From Eubacteriales bacterium (lineage in GTDB: Bacteria; Bacillota; Clostridia; Oscillospirales; CAG-272): DNA of 64,000 nt. Position 1 is the stretch's first letter. Every line of letters starts with the position of its first letter. The translations under genes and the position numbers were made by a program. A model generated the notes under the pieces. It was given only the letters and a program-made list of their open reading frames with translations. It made no database searches and was not told the origin of the DNA. Positions 20,170-28,306 of the stretch are shown piece after piece. Location of the stretch: positions 9,443-73,442 of the forward strand of contig JAZRFY010000029.1 of NCBI GenBank assembly GCA_045643885.1. Reading direction: 5' to 3'.

Positions 20170-20658
20170 ATGAGAATTACAACTAAAACAAAAAATTTGC
20201 TTAAGAAGGTAGGTATTATCCTTCTTTGTGTTATCGTGGTCGGTTTGGTTGCATCTACAATTGTAGGTGCTCAGGATGAATCCGATTACAAGACAGTTAA
20301 TTTGTCCTGGGACGTTGGTGGCATCAATGACACCGGTGTTTACGACAAGGAAATCGAAGATAGCATTTACACAATGAAGCGTCTCGATTGTACTGATATT
20401 CATCTTGTAGCCGATTTCAATTCAGATATCTCTTACAAGGTTTTTTTCTATGATGAAAATGATACATTTCTCACAATGGTAACAAATGAGGGACTTGAGC
20501 TTCTTATTGAGAACGAAGAGTTTCCCGGTAATGCCGCAGGTGTTAGAATTGTTATCACTCCCAATTCCGATGAAAACGGTGAAATTGGTCTTTTTGAAAA
20601 GTATGAATATGCGAATCAGTTGACCGTAAAAGTTCGTACTGAAGAAGCAGACGACTAA
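20170..20658 (+). CDS. Single-TM protein, candidate major virion/envelope protein
   Basis: RBS gaaagga; basic N-terminus, TM helix, ~130-aa acidic ectodomain; followed by a terminator. Confidence 0.6.
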   Translation: MRITTKTKNLLKKVGIILLCVIVVGLVASTIVGAQDESDYKTVNLSWDVGGINDTGVYDKEIEDSIYTMKRLDCTDIHLVADFNSDISYKVFFYDENDTFLTMVTNEGLELLIENEEFPGNAAGVRIVITPNSDENGEIGLFEKYEYANQLTVKVRTEEADD

Positions 20659-20662
20659 AATT

Positions 20663-20690
20663 ATAGGCGAGGTTACTCCTCGCCTATTTT
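20663..20690 (+). terminator. Internal terminator between 162-aa and 776-aa genes
   Basis: ataggcgagg-ttact-cctcgcctat-ttt. Confidence 0.8.
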
Positions 20691-20705
20691 AGAAAGGAGA
20701 ATCTG

Positions 20706-23036
20706 ATGATTAAGAAATTGTTAATCTTTGCAGCTGTTATCATTTTAATGCTTTCGGTATTTGTTGTTAATGTATCTGCTTATGATTGTGGTTTAAATGG
20801 ACACGAAATGGTATTTGGCGATTTCGTATTACCAACGTGTACTACACAAGGTTACGAAATAAGTCGATGCAAGTATTGTGATTACAAAACTTACTCCAAT
20901 TATGTTCCATCTTTAGGACATTCATTTATTAATGGAACGTGTTCAACTTGTGGTGAAATATACACTTCCCATACTCATTCATATGTTGCAACTGTTATAA
21001 AAAATGCAACATGTACTAGTAATGGTATTAAAAAGTATCAATGTAGTGATACAACCTGTGGAGATTCATACACAGTAACAATTTATGCTACTGGACACAA
21101 AATGGTATATAGCGATTTCGTAAATCCAACGTGTACTACACAAGGTTACGAAATAAGTCTATGCATGTATTGTGATTATCAAAAATATTCAAACTATGTT
21201 GAACCATTAGGTCATGACTTTAGTGGATTATATTGTTCTAAATGTGGTTATCAACGAGAAATAGATTGTAGTGTAGAAGGACACGAAATGGTATATAGCA
21301 ATTTCGTAAATCCAACGTGTACTACACAAGGTTACGAAATAAGTCGATGCAAGTATTGTGGTTACGAAACTTATTCTAATTATGTGGATGCTCTTAAACA
21401 CTCGTATTCATATGTTGTAATTATTGAACCAACGTGTAAAACTTTTGGTGCTGAACAATTGCAATGTGAATGCGGGGCTAAAGGTGATACAAGGACTATT
21501 GCAAAATTAAATCATTCCTATTTCTCGGGTGAATGTACAAATTGTGGAATGTTAGAAGGACAAAATCCAAACATTCCTAGGTTTCCAAATGTTGATATTA
21601 CGAAATATTCCTTTGTTATGGACGACTTGAATAAGGACTCTACATTCGATACTTCAAAATATCCAGTAACAGCATCAGAGCATACTATTAATGTATTTCA
21701 AGTAGCTGAGTCATCAAGTGGACAATTGTTTTTGTACGTATATAATCCGATAACAAATGGAATCAAGCTTGATGCTTCTTACATAAATATGTCTACTGAA
21801 ATTTATGAGAGTAAGAATCCGACATATAAATTCTATTCTTTAACAAAGCTTAGTGAAAGTGAACAGTTCACAAAATATCTTGTGAATGATTTTAAAGTCA
21901 AATCTGCTTCATCAAGGTATTATAATATCGTCTGCATTTATACACCATACAATGCAAAAATTCATGAACCTGCAAAGCAGAGTGACGACATAAAGAATTA
22001 TGTCGGTGTGCCTGTTGCTAAGTGTTTTCAAGCTGTAACGAAAAACAATGTTACAACTTATTGTTGTATGAAAATTGATTATGTTGATGTTGATATTTCA
22101 GCTGTAGGTTTTATACGCTATCCTGATGAAATATTTCCACAACATGATACTAATACTGATGCTCATTTTATAGCTTTCAAAGCTAATAATTTTGACGTAA
22201 AAAAGGTATATGATGCCACTGTATATTATAGTTATCATACTTACTATTTATATGCCGATGGATCATATTCTAATGAGAGTATAGGAAAAACAAAATGGGA
22301 ACATCTTGAAGTCAAATATGATGAAGTTGGTAGTAACGAAGGCGGTGGATTTTTAGGCTTGGGTCTTTTAACTTCAAGGGTCTATACTTGGAATAGAATA
22401 ATGACAATCGAAGAATTTCAAGAAAATACTGATGATCTGAAAAACGGAGAACTACACTTTGTAGGTGAAGATGCTTTATCTGAAGCACAGTTTGTTATCA
22501 GATACTTGGAAACTCCATATACATATTTCTATTCTCAACCTTTTGGCGGCGCTCTTACTATTTCTGAGACAAAAACTGTTGTTGAAGGTGTTACAATTTT
22601 AAGATTAAAATTTGCGACACCCGAAGGTGTTTTCAACCTTGGTGTTGTAGCCGATATTGTATCTGATGACGGAAAGCCTGATTTTGAGGTAACTCCCGAA
22701 ACTAATGTTAAAGAAAATATTGAGGATATAAAGCAATTTTTTGGTGATAATTGGGACACAATTGAAACTATTTTAGCAATCTTCTTTATAGTTGCATTGG
22801 TCGTTGTAATCATTCTTTTAGTTACATATTTCAAGTCACATAGCTTGTCAAATGCCTATGTAGACGTTCTCAAAGTACTTAAAGGCAAGAAGCATAACCG
22901 TTCAAAAAGAGTTTATCGTAATAAGCACCGTTCATACGAAAGAAAATCATACAAATACAAGAAAGGAAAAAAGTATTATGTTCAAAAGCCAAAAAGAAAA
23001 ACACGCGTACAAACAAGGTATAAAAAAAGGTCGTAA
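20706..23036 (+). CDS. Type I membrane protein with Cys/His-rich repeats, candidate adsorption/spike (pIII-like) protein
   Basis: Signal peptide (..VSA), PTCT..G..C..C repeats, C-terminal TM, very basic tail. Confidence 0.7.
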   Translation: MIKKLLIFAAVIILMLSVFVVNVSAYDCGLNGHEMVFGDFVLPTCTTQGYEISRCKYCDYKTYSNYVPSLGHSFINGTCSTCGEIYTSHTHSYVATVIKNATCTSNGIKKYQCSDTTCGDSYTVTIYATGHKMVYSDFVNPTCTTQGYEISLCMYCDYQKYSNYVEPLGHDFSGLYCSKCGYQREIDCSVEGHEMVYSNFVNPTCTTQGYEISRCKYCGYETYSNYVDALKHSYSYVVIIEPTCKTFGAEQLQCECGAKGDTRTIAKLNHSYFSGECTNCGMLEGQNPNIPRFPNVDITKYSFVMDDLNKDSTFDTSKYPVTASEHTINVFQVAESSSGQLFLYVYNPITNGIKLDASYINMSTEIYESKNPTYKFYSLTKLSESEQFTKYLVNDFKVKSASSRYYNIVCIYTPYNAKIHEPAKQSDDIKNYVGVPVAKCFQAVTKNNVTTYCCMKIDYVDVDISAVGFIRYPDEIFPQHDTNTDAHFIAFKANNFDVKKVYDATVYYSYHTYYLYADGSYSNESIGKTKWEHLEVKYDEVGSNEGGGFLGLGLLTSRVYTWNRIMTIEEFQENTDDLKNGELHFVGEDALSEAQFVIRYLETPYTYFYSQPFGGALTISETKTVVEGVTILRLKFATPEGVFNLGVVADIVSDDGKPDFEVTPETNVKENIEDIKQFFGDNWDTIETILAIFFIVALVVVIILLVTYFKSHSLSNAYVDVLKVLKGKKHNRSKRVYRNKHRSYERKSYKYKKGKKYYVQKPKRKTRVQTRYKKRS
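20799..21385 (+). repeat. Three ~108-bp intragenic repeats
   Basis: Copies at about 20799, 21093, 21279 share ccaacgtgtactacacaaggttacgaaataagtc. Confidence 0.9.
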
Positions 23037-23193
23037 AGGCGGCAAAGTGTGGTATAGCCGTAAGAAGTCAAAAAAGAAGAAAATAAAAACTCCCAAAAAT
23101 GGCGCATACAATATGTTCGGCAGAGTCAACGAGAATCGAGTTGACGACCGTCATGGTCCTGTAGTTTTTTGGGATGGTGATGTGGAATTTTAA
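22978..23193 (+). CDS. Small highly basic protein (possible nucleic-acid binding)
   Basis: RBS aaagga; Lys/Arg-rich 71 aa; overlaps 3' end of spike-like gene. Confidence 0.55.
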   Translation: MFKSQKEKHAYKQGIKKGRKGGKVWYSRKKSKKKKIKTPKNGAYNMFGRVNENRVDDRHGPVVFWDGDVEF

Positions 23194-23308
23194 TATTACA
23201 ATTTATGTTAAACTTCTTGAATAAGTACAAAAGGATAATCTATATCCTTTTGTTTATGCTAACTATATTCATTGTGGGGTATCTGATATATACAGTTAGG
23301 AGTCTATT

Positions 23309-25525
23309 ATGAATCAATTTTTTATAAGACGAAAGCTCGACTATAGGCATATAATTTGCACGTTAATCACGTTGATTAGTCTTGTTTTAGGCATATACTT
23401 TCCAAATTCATTGCCAAGATTAGCTGAGTCTTTAAGAGATATTGGCACTTCAGTTCTATATTACATAATTGAATACGGTAGCAATATGGAAAATACGATT
23501 GAGGCAACGATTATGTTGCCTCAATCCTGGAAGTTCGCAGCTGAGATTTGGAAACCAATATCGTTCTTGCCTTCATCCTGGGACGAGTTTTTGTCATTTT
23601 GGAGTGCATTTTGCGACATTGTCTTTAATGAGTATAACTTCCTGGCATATTGCAAGGAAGTACGTATATTCATATATAACGTGTCAAGGGCAATAATGTT
23701 GCTATTTCCTCTATTTGTATTTTTTGTATTAAGGATTAGCTCATATAAGGACAAGCATTGCTGCGAACGTGGAAAAAAATCAAAGCAGCTTGTTATATTC
23801 GAAAGATTTTATAAAAAGAGAATATATCCTGTTATTACCTGGATAAAAGAATTTGTAAAATTTGTGTCAGAGCATAGCTATTATCTTTATTCCTGGCTTA
23901 TCATCTGGCTTATGCATTTTAATCTTATATCCATCTTTATATCCTTTATAGCATTTTATTTCTATCTATGCGCTTCCTGGGACTTTATAGGTATATATAC
24001 ACAATTACTTAAGCTTCAGCTTGATCTGACACCAATGATACGATTCTTGCCCTTGTTTATATGGGTATTGCTCTTTGTGTTGGTTTATGACAGCATTTGT
24101 CGAGCGATGGCATATTCTAACTTATATCAAGCGGAAAAGGCAAATACGGCGGTTCTGAGCGAACGAGGAGTGTCCACGGTAGTGTTCGGTGAAATGGGAG
24201 TAGGTAAGACACAGCTTATAACCTCTTTATCTATTACAGCAGAAATTAAGCTATTCTGTGATATGTTCAACACAATGCTCAAATACGACCATTTTTTTCC
24301 GAACTTTCCGTGGCAAACATTCCGCGATGAGCTTAAACTCCGTATTGGACGACGCGAGATATATAATTTGGCATCGTGTCGACAATGCATTTCGAGATGG
24401 GGGGAAATATTCGAATATATAACTTCACATTATACTCTTGAAGAGTATAAGCTTTTGCTTGAACGTTATCCTGGAATGGTTGATAGAACTCTTGGATATG
24501 ATTATGAGCATTATCGGACAAGCTACAATGACGAGCTTAAGATTACAAAGTTGTTTGAAGCTGCCGAAGAATATGCTTGTGCTTACTATGTCTTCACTAT
24601 TGAAACAACGTTGATATATTCCAATTATTCAATTCGTCTTGATTCTATCCTTCACGATATAGGCAATATGCCATTACGAGATAATGACCTATTCCACCGT
24701 GATCCGAAGCTCCAGGAGTCATATTCTCGTCATGCACATATCATTGATATGAATATGATTCGACTTGGTAAGCAGATTCTGAAGGACGGAGAAAAGTCAA
24801 AAACTCTTATGCCTGGTGTCTATGTTATATCTGAGATCGATAAGGAACGTAAGAATATGCTCGAACTTAAGGAAACTAAAATCAACGTTGATGAGGCGAA
24901 TCAGAAGAACGATTTGTTTAATGCCGGTATTATGATGAGCCGACATTCAAACGTTGTTGATTTTATCCCGGTAATATATTTCTTTTTTGACTTGCAACGT
25001 CCTGAGGCTTGGGGAGCTGGGGGAAGAGAACTCGGTGAAGTTATTTACATATCAGATAAGTCTGATATGTCTCCTGTGCTACCGTTTTTTTCGCCTTATT
25101 GGATTACACAAGGCATCTTTTCAATTATCCGCGATAAATGGAACGACTTCTACCAGGAGTATATATATAACCGTTCTGATGAAACGTTGTTTGTTTACTT
25201 AGTAAAAAACATAATGTCCGCTATCGGTAATCATTACGATAAAATCGAAGGCTTGTTCGGTATGCAAACTCAAACATTAGAGATTCAAAGCGGACGTCTT
25301 GACGGTAACGTCAAAAATGATAAATGGCGATTACTCGCAAAAAAAGACCGTTCTAATCGATATAGAACGGACTGTTTGAAGGGAGTATTTGAGAGCCACA
25401 ATCATTATCACATGCATATTGACGACTTTAGGCAATATTGCAGCATTCTCGCAACATCCGAAGAGCTTGGATATCAGAGGAGCTTCTTCCAGGATGACAT
25501 TAAGAAAATGAAAGGAACTAATTAA
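23309..25525 (+). CDS. Membrane P-loop ATPase, candidate pI/Zot-like assembly/extrusion ATPase
   Basis: Several N-terminal TM helices, Walker A GEMGVGKT, Walker B-like VYVISEIDKE, DLQRP. Confidence 0.72.
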   Translation: MNQFFIRRKLDYRHIICTLITLISLVLGIYFPNSLPRLAESLRDIGTSVLYYIIEYGSNMENTIEATIMLPQSWKFAAEIWKPISFLPSSWDEFLSFWSAFCDIVFNEYNFLAYCKEVRIFIYNVSRAIMLLFPLFVFFVLRISSYKDKHCCERGKKSKQLVIFERFYKKRIYPVITWIKEFVKFVSEHSYYLYSWLIIWLMHFNLISIFISFIAFYFYLCASWDFIGIYTQLLKLQLDLTPMIRFLPLFIWVLLFVLVYDSICRAMAYSNLYQAEKANTAVLSERGVSTVVFGEMGVGKTQLITSLSITAEIKLFCDMFNTMLKYDHFFPNFPWQTFRDELKLRIGRREIYNLASCRQCISRWGEIFEYITSHYTLEEYKLLLERYPGMVDRTLGYDYEHYRTSYNDELKITKLFEAAEEYACAYYVFTIETTLIYSNYSIRLDSILHDIGNMPLRDNDLFHRDPKLQESYSRHAHIIDMNMIRLGKQILKDGEKSKTLMPGVYVISEIDKERKNMLELKETKINVDEANQKNDLFNAGIMMSRHSNVVDFIPVIYFFFDLQRPEAWGAGGRELGEVIYISDKSDMSPVLPFFSPYWITQGIFSIIRDKWNDFYQEYIYNRSDETLFVYLVKNIMSAIGNHYDKIEGLFGMQTQTLEIQSGRLDGNVKNDKWRLLAKKDRSNRYRTDCLKGVFESHNHYHMHIDDFRQYCSILATSEELGYQRSFFQDDIKKMKGTN

Positions 25526-25526
25526 T

Positions 25527-25697
25527 ATGTTATTCACTTGTATCGTTAGAAAAAGAGTTATTGTTGAAGCTGATTCATTGGAAGAAGCTGAAGAAGTGTA
25601 TCATAATGAGGATTCAATAGTAGAAGAAGAATCTCTCGAAAGAATAAGAAAAATGACAAATAGTGAAAAAATCTATTTTGGAATTTATGATGAATAA
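25527..25697 (+). CDS. Small acidic protein, DpnD/PcfM-like (not in supplied ORF track, 56 aa)
   Basis: RBS aaagga; MLFTCIVRKRVIVEADSLEEAEEV.. contains VEAxSxEEA motif. Confidence 0.6.
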   Translation: MLFTCIVRKRVIVEADSLEEAEEVYHNEDSIVEEESLERIRKMTNSEKIYFGIYDE

Positions 25698-25801
25698 AAA
25701 ATCCCACCTCAAAAGAGGTGGGTTGAGAAGTCTACCCCTAAGGCCATAGGTTCTTCTCCGTCGTCGCGCAATAGCCGACGCTTCCCACAAAGGGAGTGGC
25801 C
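25695..25801 (-). ncRNA. Candidate structured small RNA 1
   Basis: Minus-strand TTGACA-17-TATAAT (25835-25807), multi-hairpin body, terminator cccacctc-tttt-gaggtggg+U run. Confidence 0.65.
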
Positions 25802-25828
25802 TTGTAATTATATCATAGGAGGATAAAT

Positions 25829-26140
25829 ATGTCAAGTGTAAATTATAGTCTTAAACATAAGGGAATTCGATTAATTTCTTCAGATGAAGCATGGGTTTAT
25901 ACTAAAAAAGGTAAACCGAAGCCAAATCCCAAATATCATCATGTCGGGGCAATCGATATGAAATGTCCTAATATAATATTATCAACAAAACCAAATAAAA
26001 AACCAAAATATAGAGGAGATGTTTGTGACTTAAATAATGTTTGCAAATCTCAAATCATTGATTATTTTTTTGGTGATAATGGTAGACGAAATGCTAAGTA
26101 TAAAGCATATTTCGTAATTCCAAAAAAATCAAAAAAATAA
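25829..26140 (+). CDS. Basic hypothetical protein
   Basis: RBS aggagg; 103 aa Lys-rich. Confidence 0.65.
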   Translation: MSSVNYSLKHKGIRLISSDEAWVYTKKGKPKPNPKYHHVGAIDMKCPNIILSTKPNKKPKYRGDVCDLNNVCKSQIIDYFFGDNGRRNAKYKAYFVIPKKSKK

Positions 26141-26148
26141 ATTTTCAT

Positions 26149-26420
26149 GAGTGCGCGCCGGTAAAATTCTTGGCGATGCCAAAGCGAGGAGCTGGTTCGC
26201 CAAGAATTCCGCCGCACACTCTAAAGAACCAAAATAATTTTGGTTAGGGTGGGAACCCACATATCCGGGAGGGAATTATTCTCTCTCTTTAAAAAACGCG
26301 CCCGAGCACCAATGGGGAACACAGGGCGCAAAGTAATATCCGATAGGGTAATCCTTTTGTCTAATTTCGAATAGTAGATAGTTTTCCCTGTGGAAAACCT
26401 TGTTTTCCATAGGGTAAACT
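26149..26420. other. GC-rich hairpin cluster, candidate single-strand origin / packaging region
   Basis: 12-bp stem aattcttggcga/tcgccaagaatt closed by gagtg/cactc; further stems gcgccc/gggcgc and ccctgtggaaaac/gttttccataggg. Confidence 0.55.
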
Positions 26421-26520
26421 ATGCGCCGTAAGGCGGGAGAAAGGACAAAAGAAAATAGAGGCACAAACAATGCCCGACAGTTCCTCAATCAAAGATATTT
26501 CAGAAAGGACAAAAAATACT

Positions 26521-27159
26521 ATGCCAAGTATAGAAAAAGTAATAGTAAAGGCGCGATATTGGTGGTTCGTCTTGTATCCTGAATCAGCGCGAGAGGATTG
26601 GAGAGAATGGCTGCAGTCAATCGGCTTGCCGTTCGCCGTATCTCCGCTACACGATAAAGACATTAATCCCGACGGTACGGAGAAGAAACCGCATTATCAC
26701 ATCATTATCGCTTTTAACGGTCCTACTACATATCAGAACGTTAACAAAAATATTTGTGAGGTTCTCGGACAACCTCACCCACAGTATCTATTTGCGGTAA
26801 AAGGTGCATATAGATACTTAACACATGCTGATAATCCCGAAAAGTATCAGTATGATCCTAAAGAAATCGAGCTTCGAAACGGATTCGACGTTGCAGAGTT
26901 CTGCGAGATGACAATAACCGATGAAGATAGATTGTACCAAGCACTTGAAGACGTTATCTTTTCAAATGGTTTTACCGAATTTTTCGAAGTTATTGTTCAT
27001 CTTAAGCAAGAAGGATATTTCGAAATGCTATCTTTCTTCAGAAGACATTCAGTATATTTTAGAGAATTGATAACGTCAATTCGTTATGCTCAGAGAATGG
27101 CAAAAGCCGTCATAAAAGAGGAAAAAGAAGACAATTCCGAAGAAAAAGACGAAAAATAG
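26521..27159 (+). CDS. rep: Rolling-circle replication initiator, Rep_2 (pMV158 RepB) family
   Basis: Motif I WFVLYPES, SPLHDKD, HUH motif KPHYHII, catalytic YLTH; alternative start 26470. Confidence 0.92.
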   Translation: MPSIEKVIVKARYWWFVLYPESAREDWREWLQSIGLPFAVSPLHDKDINPDGTEKKPHYHIIIAFNGPTTYQNVNKNICEVLGQPHPQYLFAVKGAYRYLTHADNPEKYQYDPKEIELRNGFDVAEFCEMTITDEDRLYQALEDVIFSNGFTEFFEVIVHLKQEGYFEMLSFFRRHSVYFRELITSIRYAQRMAKAVIKEEKEDNSEEKDEK

Positions 27160-27180
27160 CCGCTTTAAGTATTTAAATAT

Positions 27181-27290
27181 TACTACGACTATCCCATACG
27201 AGTGACTTGTGACATCTCTCTTTTGCACAAAAGAGAAGGGGAACAGTTTGTGCAACTCTTACAAAAATAGTCACGAGTATGGGATAAGTC
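27181..27290 (+). other. Candidate double-strand origin: nick motif plus long hairpin
   Basis: TACTACGAC (pMV158/pE194-family nick consensus) at 27181; gactatcccatac..gtatgggataagtc stem. Confidence 0.7.
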
Positions 27291-27337
27291 TTAAAATTGA
27301 AACTTTGTTGGAAAAATACGTAGAAAGGAAATTTATT

Positions 27338-27697
27338 ATGACAAGAAAAAAGAAAAATTCCACTCGAAAGTGGAATAGAACACATTTTTTTCAAAATGAG
27401 AAAAAACCTGAAAATACAAGGGGTAAATTTAGAGAACATCCTGCATTGATTTTTGAGCAATCTGGAAATCAATATAAAGCAATTATATTTACGTCAAATA
27501 AAACAACTAACGGTGTAAAAAATATAAAATTAAAACACAATGTTAACCCGAACAGTAGCGAAGATTGTTACGGAGTACGATTTAGAGGTCCTCGACCAAT
27601 TAGCGAATTTCAAAATCCGAAAACCAAATATAGAGTACATAAGGACGATTTGCCGACAATAAAAATGTTAAAATCTCGTGAAAAAAAGAAAAAGTAG
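27338..27697 (+). CDS. Basic protein, possible PemK/MazF-like fold
   Basis: RBS gaaagga; HPALIF..YKAIIFTS resembles RPxLVV..VxPITS pattern. Confidence 0.55.
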   Translation: MTRKKKNSTRKWNRTHFFQNEKKPENTRGKFREHPALIFEQSGNQYKAIIFTSNKTTNGVKNIKLKHNVNPNSSEDCYGVRFRGPRPISEFQNPKTKYRVHKDDLPTIKMLKSREKKKK

Positions 27698-27781
27698 ATG
27701 GTTGACAATATCTTGTCCTTTCGTCACGGCTACAAACAAAGTGTAGCTCTTCCGCAAAATGCGGCAGCGAGACCATCTACT
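27681..27781 (-). ncRNA. Candidate structured small RNA 2
   Basis: Minus-strand TTGACT-17-TATAAT (27817-27789), 10-bp closing stem AGTAGATGGT/ACCATCTACT, three inner hairpins, U tract. Confidence 0.68.
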
Positions 27782-27850
27782 GTAGTAAATTATATCATAG
27801 CAAAAATAAAAAGTCAATAGAAAAGCGAAAAATTGTAGAAAGGAATTAAA

Positions 27851-28306
27851 ATGAATAAAGATTTGATGTTTTCAAGTAAAACTGATTTGTGGTCAACTCC
27901 ACAAGATTTGTTTGATAAATATAATAATTTATATCATTTTGAAACAGATGTTTGTGCATTACCCGAAAATGCAAAATGTGAAAAATATTATACTCCTATA
28001 GTTGATGGATTAAAGCAGGAATGGAAGGGTGTATGTTGGTGTAATCCACCTTATGGTAAAGATATTTCAAAGTGGATTGTAAAAGCAGTTGAATCTTCTG
28101 CTACTGTAGTGATGTTATTACCAGCACGAACTGATACAAAATGGTTTCATAACTATTGTTTGAAATATGGCAAAATTGAGTTTTTGAAGGGGAGATTAAA
28201 ATTTGGTGATTCGAAAACTCCTGCGCCATTTCCAAGTATGATTGTAGTGTTCGAAAATAATTTTTTTAATTTCAAAAAGCCACTTGACAATAATAAAACT
28301 TTGTGA
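27851..28306 (+). CDS. Phage N6-adenine DNA methyltransferase (Dam, PF05869-like)
   Basis: WSTPQ, DVCA, WCNPPY, LLPARTDTKWFH, GRLKF, APFPS. Confidence 0.92.
   Translation: MNKDLMFSSKTDLWSTPQDLFDKYNNLYHFETDVCALPENAKCEKYYTPIVDGLKQEWKGVCWCNPPYGKDISKWIVKAVESSATVVMLLPARTDTKWFHNYCLKYGKIEFLKGRLKFGDSKTPAPFPSMIVVFENNFFNFKKPLDNNKTL

Noticed and set aside
20799..21385. Three near-identical repeats as a CRISPR array or DGR template/variable repeats
   Set aside because: In-frame coding repeats of ~108 bp with irregular spacing; no cas or reverse transcriptase gene in the window
23186..23213. TTATGTTAAAC resembling a canonical XerD arm
   Set aside because: No convincing XerC arm at 6-8 bp spacing; lies inside the element in AT-rich sequence
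25695..25803. sRNA 1 as an HDV-like ribozyme
   Set aside because: Only 6 nt between the putative P2 and P1 strands, too short for P3/L3
27209..27337. 5' extension of the 162-aa ORF call
   Set aside because: Lies in the origin hairpin; ATG 27338 has a good RBS
27693..27781. sRNA 2 as a hammerhead ribozyme (contains CGAAA)
   Set aside because: No CUGANGA core and no correctly placed NUH
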